Assembly: GCA_963674705.1 (NCBI GenBank)
Contig: OY771506.1
Location: forward strand, 4,512,001-4,576,000
Source of the DNA: Phycisphaeraceae bacterium
GTDB taxonomy: Bacteria; Planctomycetota; Phycisphaerae; Phycisphaerales; Phycisphaeraceae
Length of the DNA: 64,000 bases
Direction of reading: 5' to 3'
In this document: positions 10,301 through 18,174 of the stretch, in pieces
How positions within the stretch are numbered: position 1 is the stretch's first letter
How the letters are laid out: each line of letters begins with the position of its first letter
Translations under genes and position numbers: made by a program
The notes under the pieces: generated by a model
Databases searched by the model: none
What the model was told of the DNA's origin: nothing
What the model saw: only the letters and a program-made list of their open reading frames with translations

Positions 10301-13105
10301 CCGAAGCCGCAGGCCGGTTTGTTGTGATTCGGGTGCGAGCGTGATCGCCTGCTGCAAAGCCTGTTTGGCTTCATCCAGTCGGCCTTGCGCTTCGAGGTGG
10401 CGGGAGAGCGTGACCAGTTCGACCGCGCCAACTTTGCCGGCTTCGCGTGCCGCCTGCCCTACTTCGATGCAGCGCTGCGACAGGCCCGCTTCATCGGCCA
10501 GCGCGAGCGCCAGTTGGTATTGACCTTGATCGGCCAGGGCTTTTACCTGCACATCAACATCCACACCGTTTCGGATGGCATCGGCAAGCAGTTCTTGTGC
10601 ATCCTGCACAGCCTGCTGAGAAACTTGCAGACCGGCTTGATCGTTCGGCGTTGCGGCGTTTACGTTTGTTGCGCCCACAAGCAGAAGCAGAAGCAACATC
10701 GCAGCGGCTTTGCTGGTTTGTGATGTATTGCGCGAAACCATATCACGCAGGTTCCTGCCAAAGCGGCGGAACGTCAGCTCACCGAGCACGCCGATCCAGG
10801 CCAGGATCATCAGCCATAGGCTTGGGTCAACGACGTGCCAGGCGACCGAAGCTTGTGCGGTAGACGATGCGGTTTCGACCGCTTCTTGCGGTGCTGCATC
10901 ATCAATAAGATTCGTCGTATTGCCCCCCGCCCATGCGGCGGACTGGCCAAGGATTGCGCCGTTCTGTGCGACAGCGCGGAGCGTGACTGCGCCCTGATCT
11001 GCTGTAAGCAGTCGAGCGTTCCATCGTCCGAAACCGATCGGGTCTGTTATAGTTTCGCTGATTACTTCACTTGCCGCATCAAGGCATTGCAAGGTGATCG
11101 CGCTATCTGCGGGGGCCTCGCCCGTACCGACCCATTGCAGGTTGCATGCAAGGCCCTGCTCGATCGGTTGAGCGTTGATGGCGATGCGTTGATCGTTGCC
11201 CGCCGCTGCTAACGAAAGCATCCATTGCCGCATCCATCGCGCAGCATCGGCGTTTTCAAGGACGGATGCGGATGCGGAGCCTGTCAACGAGGCGGCCCAG
11301 ACAGCGCTGCGGCCTTTACCGAACTGCCACCAGACGGCGAGCGGTTCGCCGCTGTCGGCGGTGGCGAGTTGATGGCTGGTGGGTTTGGCGTCGATGCGCT
11401 GGTAGCCGGTCAATTCGAGTTCGGTCATGTTGTCGTCGGCGGAGGCGCTTGCGCTGAATAGCTGCACGCGTGTGGGCGTTTGAGCGAAGGGGCTGTGTCG
11501 CTGTTCATCAACTTGCTTGAAGACGATTTCAGGAAGCTGGAAGCGATCGGGCGCCTGGTAGTAATGCCCGCCGCCCCACTGCGCGAGGGAAGTAAGGAAC
11601 TGAGAGTGCTGTGCGGGGCCGACGAGTACGGTGGAGGTGGTGACGCCTGACTTACGCATGCGTTCGATCTTTTCGCGGAACGGGCCGGTCTCGACGCCGC
11701 CGTCGGTGAGGATCAGGACGTGCTTGAAACGTGCGCGGATGTTCAACAGCGCGTAGTGTGCTTCGTCGACTGCGGGGAGGATGATGGTGCCGCCGCCGGC
11801 GGTAAGTCTGTGCAGGCCGCGACGGATTTCGATCTGGTTGGAAGCGGGTTGCAGAGGCGCAGCCCATCGGCGCGAACCGTAGAACTCGACGATGCCGACG
11901 CGGTCGTGCGGCATGAGCCTGCGGATCGCGAACTCAGCGACCTGCTTGGCGATGGGCATGCGAGCGCCGCCCATGCTGCCACTGGTATCGATGATGATGA
12001 CAAGTGCAACGCTGGGATCTCGCTGCTCCATGGTTTGCCTGCCGCGCGCGGGTAATGCTTCGGCGAGCGGATCGGTCGCGGGCGGGAGTCCTGTCGGCGC
12101 GGCTAACATCAGTAGACCTGTGCCACGGCTGACCGCATCCTTTAACGTTTCGGAAGTTTGCGGATTGCTGCCGCTTAGTGCGACTAACAGTTGATAGTTA
12201 TTCAACGCGACAGCATCGACTTCGTTTGATGACAGGGATGAAACCTCAGCACTTTTGCCCCAGAGGGTGCGGAGGCGGTCAGTTGTCGCCACAGCTTCTT
12301 CGGGGCGATCCAACGTGTCAACGACAGCGATCTTGAGCGGCTGGTCGATCCAGATGGCTGTGTGGGTTGTGCTTTGCGTTTGGCCGTCGGCATTAAGTAA
12401 GGCTGCGGTCAGTTGGTGCAGGCCGTGCTGATCGGGGGCGAATAGCTGGATGCGGGCGTCGCGTTGATCCTTGTTAAGGTCGACGGTTTGCGCGGTCGTG
12501 GCCTGATCGAAGGAAAGGTTCAGTTGATCTGATTCATTGGCGGGATTGAAGCGGACGGTGGCGGTGAATTCCGAGCCGGGCAGAGCGTTAGCCGGTGTTT
12601 CTATGGTTAGTTGCGGCGAAGGTTCGGGCGCTGGGCCGAAAGTGTTGAGTAAAACGCCTGCGGCGGCAAGGCGGCTTTTTGATATGTTCATCTCTTGCGC
12701 ATCTTGTTGCGGCAGCCACAACTCGGCTGTACCGGGTGGGAGCATGGCTGAGGCGATGGACACGGCCTGAGCGGTGTCGCTGTCGCTTGGCGATGCCGGC
12801 CAGCGCCATTGCGATGAGTTGATCCGCAAGCCATCGGGCGATTGATTGATCGAAGCGATCACGTGCTTGACCGGTTCAGGTTGATCGTCTGTGAGGATGA
12901 TTACGCGCTGCGGCGTTGTGTCTGTGTAGGTCCAGCGCAGGCCCGAGGCGAACAGCGATAACGTGATGACAACTAGCAAGCGAAGTAAAAGTGAAGCGAC
13001 CGCGGGCACGGTGCTTCGCCGGGGCGAACCGGTGCGCCACCACCACACGACGACGGGCACGCTTAGCAAGAGCAACAGCAACCAGGCGGGGTTCGCAAAC
13101 CACAT
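7331..13105 (-). CDS. Giant vWA-domain membrane protein fused to a long TPR array
   Basis: N-terminal F.NPAWLLLLLL (BatA-like), MIDAS IIIDTSGSM...ILTDG, central TM segments, ~1000 aa of TPR-like repeats. Confidence 0.85.
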   Translation of the reverse strand: MWFANPAWLLLLLLSVPVVVWWWRTGSPRRSTVPAVASLLLRLLVVITLSLFASGLRWTYTDTTPQRVIILTDDQPEPVKHVIASINQSPDGLRINSSQWRWPASPSDSDTAQAVSIASAMLPPGTAELWLPQQDAQEMNISKSRLAAAGVLLNTFGPAPEPSPQLTIETPANALPGSEFTATVRFNPANESDQLNLSFDQATTAQTVDLNKDQRDARIQLFAPDQHGLHQLTAALLNADGQTQSTTHTAIWIDQPLKIAVVDTLDRPEEAVATTDRLRTLWGKSAEVSSLSSNEVDAVALNNYQLLVALSGSNPQTSETLKDAVSRGTGLLMLAAPTGLPPATDPLAEALPARGRQTMEQRDPSVALVIIIDTSGSMGGARMPIAKQVAEFAIRRLMPHDRVGIVEFYGSRRWAAPLQPASNQIEIRRGLHRLTAGGGTIILPAVDEAHYALLNIRARFKHVLILTDGGVETGPFREKIERMRKSGVTTSTVLVGPAQHSQFLTSLAQWGGGHYYQAPDRFQLPEIVFKQVDEQRHSPFAQTPTRVQLFSASASADDNMTELELTGYQRIDAKPTSHQLATADSGEPLAVWWQFGKGRSAVWAASLTGSASASVLENADAARWMRQWMLSLAAAGNDQRIAINAQPIEQGLACNLQWVGTGEAPADSAITLQCLDAASEVISETITDPIGFGRWNARLLTADQGAVTLRAVAQNGAILGQSAAWAGGNTTNLIDDAAPQEAVETASSTAQASVAWHVVDPSLWLMILAWIGVLGELTFRRFGRNLRDMVSRNTSQTSKAAAMLLLLLLVGATNVNAATPNDQAGLQVSQQAVQDAQELLADAIRNGVDVDVQVKALADQGQYQLALALADEAGLSQRCIEVGQAAREAGKVGAVELVTLSRHLEAQGRLDEAKQALQQAITLAPESQQTGLRLRLNALSILPKGQATEADGLPAEPPDDVIKRWLGHYTALLGQPEQAAQRLSAIESPNVLDLLSLSEQYRQLGRTDEARAVLEKAEQIATRPSERSSIALVQFRLAIESDDELALAERWLNEKPIPAPRFWPLMTLLRRTDQTQEAVRLAAEAAAPDKQAAPEFDAAMLRRELLSVAMDTSAGDAAVAALRSLVEQDGHSVWGACLGQVLMLRGDKQGAAVAFKQAVDLSKNATEMLWCADAADEVGAYDLALRLAEQAEKQGGKGAFDARLWQASHLAQQGQVDDAIEILIHTSKFAEDAADVRRLSEAYAEIGRIDVAIEYLQEWIDQNGGPLEHESLTAYLSWLLTQQGRNAEALTLWRQLWEDGGTAAMRQRAQQQMLELSARLGNLGTLAIEMEQRISDDITDEAALGMLIDLYLRIDDPISAAELLLATNDTAGDQLVAKQRLAQLYLRTGRLGLADSVLAELITIDPEGAVDYWQQRAVLAAERGDLSAAKVAIAAMRQSEDMPQAYFNELSAGVHAMLGDNKTAADQYRLTLLNNPEHVELWLLWAQSMQEARHTDEATTLLLRIVERAEDDDLFLVGVDGLLNLDASKALLEAALRRAMIRAAAYPERGYLLRVAIDLAEALGYRESAMSWMDPILLADGDRAITLLRESIERATALGLQEEAGTYGQMLVATGQAVPPEVMIGLGDMLLSQNKVEGADRAFQRAVQFGERGSVVPQVAERYERALRPRVASRLLNELLLSRPDDVGLLYRQASIFGQLEQWDRARECYLRAIDVMLKRMPLRAADEPLDDLIAGSRRRVASDISETQTYFGPCVDGLLFAAFDDAAQAEVVEGLTKLAEQAARASQAVVESGDNASRFPRWVYTADALRYASLATNQYGTSNAIDAQLAATFQADKTLNQRIAVMVHEYNPTINLPAGMTNEQRGQASLDQAELALKRGNLNEAATRLAGVLEGDSNWPARSAARAASLAIALDRMDMVAKR

Positions 13106-13106
13106 A

Positions 13107-14783
13107 TCAGGCGATCCTCCCGCGTTCGTAGAGCCACCAGCTTAACACAAGCAGGCCAACGGCTAACGCTGTCAATAGTGCGCGGCTATGCAACTGCAGG
13201 CCTGTCGTGGTGGGTGTGGATGTTTCTGCTGCGTTACCTGTAGCGAGTAGGTTCGAGACGGAAGGCGAACCGGGCGCGGCGAGCCAGATGGTTTCGCTTT
13301 TTGATGTTTGATCGTAAAGCCACGGCAGATCATCCAGACTGCGCTCGGCGGATGTCGTGGTCAGCTCGGGGGCGATATCCAGCGAGTGTGCAACCGCACG
13401 AGAGAGCATGACCGCGAAACCGCCTGCTGCGGCTGCGGGCGACTGTGAGATAAACCAATTGCCATTGAACACAATGACTGGTACATCGTCAGCGTTTTTC
13501 GTTAACCATGCAACAGGTTGATCCCCCGCCAGTGCCATAGCCTCGATGTTTGCATCAGAAGACGCGATGTCGTTATCGAGGCGAGGCAGGCGGACGCCGT
13601 CGAATTGAATGTCTTCGGCAATACCTGTTCCACGAACCGCAACCCGGCCTAGATCCAATGTGGTCTGGGATACGCCTGTATCGATCTGAATCACAGCAGC
13701 GGGTTTTGCGTTGACGTCATCGCCAAGCAAGAGTTCGATTTGGTCATCTTTTGTTGGAGATTGGCCATCAATAACACAACCTGCAGACTCAAGCGCAGCC
13801 TGTAACTCGATGGGCGTCAACACACCGATTCGAGCGGACACGCGCTGCCGGGCGGGCATGGTGAGATTCAATGTGTTGTCAGCAGCGAGGGCGTCGTTTT
13901 GTGATTCGATCGTGATGCGCAGTTGCTGGCCCTGCGCGGGGAGGTCGAATGATTCGGTGGATTGTGATGCGCCGGCTGGTTTTGTGATGGTTCGCTGCGT
14001 AAGTTCGTTATCGTCTCGGGTATCGACAAGACGCAACTGGATGTTACTCTCTGATTGCAGCCATGCACCGATGCGGACGGTTAACGTGCCTTGGGCGCTT
14101 AGTGGACGATCACTGCGCCAGGTCGCGCCGATGATGGCGGTGTTGTTTTGCGGCTGCCCTACCTCAATGATTAGCACTTTGTCCGACATGGCCAATGCAT
14201 CGACGGCATCGCGCCAGCGCTGGGCAGTGGCGGTGACGATGGTGATTTTGGCGCTACCCATAGTTCTGGATAACGCATCTGCCAGTTGCAGTGACGGGCC
14301 TGTCGCGGCGGCAGAGGTGGAAGGCAATTCGGCAAGCCGGTGACGCCAGCGGCCGTCCGCCTGGCCCGGCGCTTGCAACACGCGAGGCAGTGGTGCAGCG
14401 GCGATGATCGCGGCTGAGGTTTGATTGGTAGAGACAAGTTGATCGACAGCAGCATCGAAGGATTCGACCGCGTCGGACGGCAGGCCGTTATCTATTAACA
14501 GGATGGCGGGCTGCGTGTCGGTGCTTATCCATAAGGGCGCGAGCAATGCGAGTGCGCCGAGTAATAAGGCGAGCAGTAACAAAAGCAGGCTGAGCCACTG
14601 CGAGGGTCTTCCGCCGAGTCTCCCGCCATGTACGACAGCGCCGGCTTCCTGCCAGAACATCGTGGTGATGACCTTGATGCGCCGTGGCTGCGGGCGGAGC
14701 AGGTGCAGCAGTATCACCACGTTGGCGACGATGACCGCCAAAGCAATCACCCAGGACCAAGGCAATCCCGTCCAGATCCACAT
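13107..14783 (-). CDS. BatA-like N-terminal (aerotolerance-type) membrane protein
   Basis: ILLHLLRPQPRR...TTMFW and WLSLLLLLLALLL...LAPL double-TM start, C-terminal TM (LSWWLYER), located in a MoxR operon. Confidence 0.75.
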   Translation of the reverse strand: MWIWTGLPWSWVIALAVIVANVVILLHLLRPQPRRIKVITTMFWQEAGAVVHGGRLGGRPSQWLSLLLLLLALLLGALALLAPLWISTDTQPAILLIDNGLPSDAVESFDAAVDQLVSTNQTSAAIIAAAPLPRVLQAPGQADGRWRHRLAELPSTSAAATGPSLQLADALSRTMGSAKITIVTATAQRWRDAVDALAMSDKVLIIEVGQPQNNTAIIGATWRSDRPLSAQGTLTVRIGAWLQSESNIQLRLVDTRDDNELTQRTITKPAGASQSTESFDLPAQGQQLRITIESQNDALAADNTLNLTMPARQRVSARIGVLTPIELQAALESAGCVIDGQSPTKDDQIELLLGDDVNAKPAAVIQIDTGVSQTTLDLGRVAVRGTGIAEDIQFDGVRLPRLDNDIASSDANIEAMALAGDQPVAWLTKNADDVPVIVFNGNWFISQSPAAAAGGFAVMLSRAVAHSLDIAPELTTTSAERSLDDLPWLYDQTSKSETIWLAAPGSPSVSNLLATGNAAETSTPTTTGLQLHSRALLTALAVGLLVLSWWLYERGRIA

Positions 14784-15700
14784 CAGCGCACCCCCGGTCT
14801 TGATGGGCCAAGCAACAGTGCGCCGGCCTGGCTCAGCGCGCCGAGTTGAGCGAGCACGGGTTGATCGGCATCGATGGGCATGCGTCGGCCGCCGGCGGAG
14901 GTTGCGGCCTGGTTGAGCGCGTGGTCGTAGCGGTCGTAGGCATCACGATACGCGATCTCGGTCCGGCTTGTTATCACGATGCGCTGAAGCTGCTGCGTTT
15001 CGCAGTCTTCGACTTCCATCGCGCCGGTGAGCGCGGGCTCACGATCAGCGTTGCGCGTGAGTTGAACGAGTACGGGCAGGTGGCCGGTGCGTTTGAGGAT
15101 GGATGCCCATGAGCCGACGCCCGCGGGGTCGAAGAAGTCGGAGATCACGACCAGTGGCAATCTTGGCTGATGCGCACGGCGTACGGTATCGAACACCTCG
15201 GCGAGCCGGCTGTCGGCGGATTCTTCGGCTTCCCATTTAACGATTTTGTGTGCAAGGTCGGTCAGACGCGTACGCGAGTCGGCGATGATCGGTGAACCAA
15301 GCAAGCGCCCGCCTGCGAAGCGTTGAACGCTGACGCGGTTCAATTCTTCCACGCCGGCGGCGGCCATGGCTACGGCGAGCTGCTTGGCGGCGTTTAAGCG
15401 CGGTGGGGATTCAAAACCCATCGAGCCGCTGCAATCAACGAGTATCTGCACGCCAAGTTGGCGGTGCTCATCGTAGAGGCGGATAAACAGCTTGCCGCTT
15501 CGGCGGTAGAGCGGCCAATCGATACGGCGGGGGTCGTCGCCGCAGACGTACGGCCGACGGTCGCGATAGTCGAGGCCGGGGCCCGGTCGGGGCGTGGGCG
15601 TCTCGGCGCGCTTTAACAGCGGCGCAACGTTCGGCGCACGCAGGCGCAGCTTACTCGCTACGACCAGAAAGCTCTCGTCGATCAACGGATCGCTAGTCAT
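14783..15700 (-). CDS. DUF58 protein
   Basis: GLDYRDRRPYVCGDDPRRIDW, ILVDCSGSM, VISDFF. Confidence 0.92.
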   Translation of the reverse strand: MTSDPLIDESFLVVASKLRLRAPNVAPLLKRAETPTPRPGPGLDYRDRRPYVCGDDPRRIDWPLYRRSGKLFIRLYDEHRQLGVQILVDCSGSMGFESPPRLNAAKQLAVAMAAAGVEELNRVSVQRFAGGRLLGSPIIADSRTRLTDLAHKIVKWEAEESADSRLAEVFDTVRRAHQPRLPLVVISDFFDPAGVGSWASILKRTGHLPVLVQLTRNADREPALTGAMEVEDCETQQLQRIVITSRTEIAYRDAYDRYDHALNQAATSAGGRRMPIDADQPVLAQLGALSQAGALLLGPSRPGVR

Positions 15701-16733
15701 CGAACGAAGTTTCCTTCACAACCTGCAGCATCTGCCCGAGCACGGCGTCGATATCCAGACCTTCAGCTTGCGCTTCAAAACTTAATAGCAGACGGTGACG
15801 CAACACGGGGATCGCCACCTTGCGCAGGTCGTCGGTGGATACGGCGTAACGCCCGTCGAGCAGCGCCTGCACTTTACCCAGCAGCAGAAGCGACTGGCCG
15901 GCACGCGGGCTTGCGCCCATGCGGACGTACTGGTTGATCTGATCGGTTGCGTATGGCGAGCCGGGCTGGGTCGCCATGACAAGGCGCGTGGCGTACTTGA
16001 AGACCTGATCGCTGACAGCTACCTGACGCACGGTGTGGCGCATCTTCAGGATGTCTTCAGCGGAGCAGACGCGGTTGACGGTCGGCGGGGTGTCGCCGGT
16101 CGTGCGTTGGAGGATGGATGCGTATTCATCTTCGCCGGGGTATCCGACGAGCAGCTTGACCATGAAGCGGTCGAGCTGCGCTTCGGGCAGCGGGTACGTG
16201 CCTTCCTGCTCGATGGGGTTTTGCGTCGCGAGGACCATGAACGGCTCGGGCAGGTCGAGTGTGTCGCGACCGAGTGAGACTTGCCGTTCCTGCATGCCCT
16301 GCAGCAAAGCGGATTGCGTCTTGGGCGTCGCACGGTTGATTTCGTCAGCCAAAAGGAGGTTGGTGACGATCGGGCCGGGCTCGATGCGCAGTTCGACGCC
16401 GCCGCTGGGTTTTTCGAACAGCGCGTGCGTGCCGGTGAGGTCGGTCGGCATGAGGTCGGGCGTGAACTGGACGCGTGAGAATTCCAGGTCGATGACTTCG
16501 CTGAGCGTGCGGACGAGCAGCGTTTTACCGAGGCCGGGCACGCCTTCGATCAGCACGTGGCCGTCGGCTGTCAGTGTTGAGAGCACGAAGCGGACCAGGT
16601 CGTGGTGGCCGACGAATACCTTGCCGATTTCCGCTTCCATGGTCTTGAAGCGTTCGGCGAACTGCTGTACCTGAGCGGCAGCGTCCGAGGTAAGGTCGTT
16701 CGATGTTTGTGTGGACTGTGGTGTGTCACTCAT
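15693..16733 (-). CDS. moxR: MoxR-family AAA+ ATPase
   Basis: Walker [21 protein letters not shown], Walker [38 protein letters not shown]. Start moved to ATG 16733. Confidence 0.95.
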   Translation of the reverse strand: MSDTPQSTQTSNDLTSDAAAQVQQFAERFKTMEAEIGKVFVGHHDLVRFVLSTLTADGHVLIEGVPGLGKTLLVRTLSEVIDLEFSRVQFTPDLMPTDLTGTHALFEKPSGGVELRIEPGPIVTNLLLADEINRATPKTQSALLQGMQERQVSLGRDTLDLPEPFMVLATQNPIEQEGTYPLPEAQLDRFMVKLLVGYPGEDEYASILQRTTGDTPPTVNRVCSAEDILKMRHTVRQVAVSDQVFKYATRLVMATQPGSPYATDQINQYVRMGASPRAGQSLLLLGKVQALLDGRYAVSTDDLRKVAIPVLRHRLLLSFEAQAEGLDIDAVLGQMLQVVKETSFDD

Positions 16734-16755
16734 AGCAATAATCTTAGCGGATTGA

Positions 16756-18174
16756 CTATTCGGTTGGTTCTCGACGCAACGCTGCCAGGTAGTCGCTGAC
16801 GAAGCGTGCCTCACGCTCATCCCATCGCTGGGTATTGATCTGCCAAACGGGATCGTTATTGATCGGGCCTGTTGTTTCGTTGGTGGTATCGTCCTGCTGT
16901 GGCGGTGTTACGCGTCGGAAGGTGCGCTGCACGGGGCCGGGGCGCGACTGACCTTCGACGAGTTCGGGTGTGGGGACGCCTAAGAGCATGGCTGCGGTGC
17001 CGCGCGATTTTTTGACGGGTGTGGGGCCGCCACGACCGGAGCCGGGCGGGCCTTTGGGTCCGCTGATACCAAGCTGACGTGACGGCGCGACGTTGCGGTC
17101 GCGTGCTGCGGGTTGTGCGCCGCCCCGCTGCTGCTGGTCATCGACGGGTTCATCCTCCGGCTCATCGGATTCTGTTTCGTCGGCGGACGTCTGGCTGGAC
17201 GCCGCGGTCCGGATGTTTTTGACCCAATCGTTTTTCACGCTGAACGAAGCGCCGCCGCTGCGGCCTGCGCCGGAGGGCATGGCGTTATCCGATGGCGAAC
17301 CTGCTTCGCGGCTTCCCGGTGAGGTCTTCTTCGATTGGCTGGAGGGTTTGTTTGATTCTTGAGATTGATTCGGTGCGGATTCTGATTCGCGCTGCCCTGA
17401 CCCGGCCGACGCGGTAGCGCCAGTGCCTGCAGCTGCGTGGGCGGCGCTGACTCGGCCCGGCGAGGTCTGGTCCGATTCCTTTGGTTGATCGGGCGACGTT
17501 GTGCGGGTCGACCGCGTTGACTCAGCGCTTTGCTGAGTTGATCGATTCGTCGTCGGGCGGTTGGTTGAATCGGTGCGCGGCTGCGTCAGATCGGCGGGCT
17601 CGTCCGTCGTCGTCATGGCGACAGTAGCGCCGGGGGTTGCGGCATCATCCGGTAACCGGTGCGAGATGCTCGGGATGTCGGGGGATAACAGCAGCACGAC
17701 GGTTAAGAGTGCGGCCGCGATAGACTGCCGCCAGGGGAGAGCGTTCGGCTCGGGTTGTGCCTGCTGTTGCGTCAGCGCGGTCAGTGCGTGATTGCCATCC
17801 TGGATCGCTGCACGCTCGAAAAGATCGGTTGTGCCGCGCTGTTCGAAGCAGAGGGCTGTGGCGATGCGGTTTTTGGTTGAGCCGCGCAGGTCGAGGGTTT
17901 CTGCGACGTGCGGCAGGGTCGGCGGGTTCAATAACTGAACCAGGCTCCAGCATGCCCAGAGCAAAGCGGCGAGTATGAGGACTGCGATACCGATTTGCGT
18001 CCCCGTGGTTATGCCGATGAGCACGGCGACGGGCACGCTCCAGATAAACCAGGGCACGGTGCGGATCGCACGGCGGACGGTCCATTCGCGACCGAGCGCT
18101 TGCTGCCACTTACCTAGCGCCGGAGCGATCTGCTTTTCAGAATGGGTTGCCGCATGGGGCGAATCAGGCGTCAT
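16756..18174 (-). CDS. Membrane protein with long Ser/Thr/Gly-rich disordered C-terminus (MoxR operon member)
   Basis: Two N-terminal TMs, LDLRGSTKNRIATAL motif, a third TM, low-complexity tail, final helix RFVSDYLAAL. Confidence 0.75.
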   Translation of the reverse strand: MTPDSPHAATHSEKQIAPALGKWQQALGREWTVRRAIRTVPWFIWSVPVAVLIGITTGTQIGIAVLILAALLWACWSLVQLLNPPTLPHVAETLDLRGSTKNRIATALCFEQRGTTDLFERAAIQDGNHALTALTQQQAQPEPNALPWRQSIAAALLTVVLLLSPDIPSISHRLPDDAATPGATVAMTTTDEPADLTQPRTDSTNRPTTNRSTQQSAESTRSTRTTSPDQPKESDQTSPGRVSAAHAAAGTGATASAGSGQRESESAPNQSQESNKPSSQSKKTSPGSREAGSPSDNAMPSGAGRSGGASFSVKNDWVKNIRTAASSQTSADETESDEPEDEPVDDQQQRGGAQPAARDRNVAPSRQLGISGPKGPPGSGRGGPTPVKKSRGTAAMLLGVPTPELVEGQSRPGPVQRTFRRVTPPQQDDTTNETTGPINNDPVWQINTQRWDEREARFVSDYLAALRREPTE

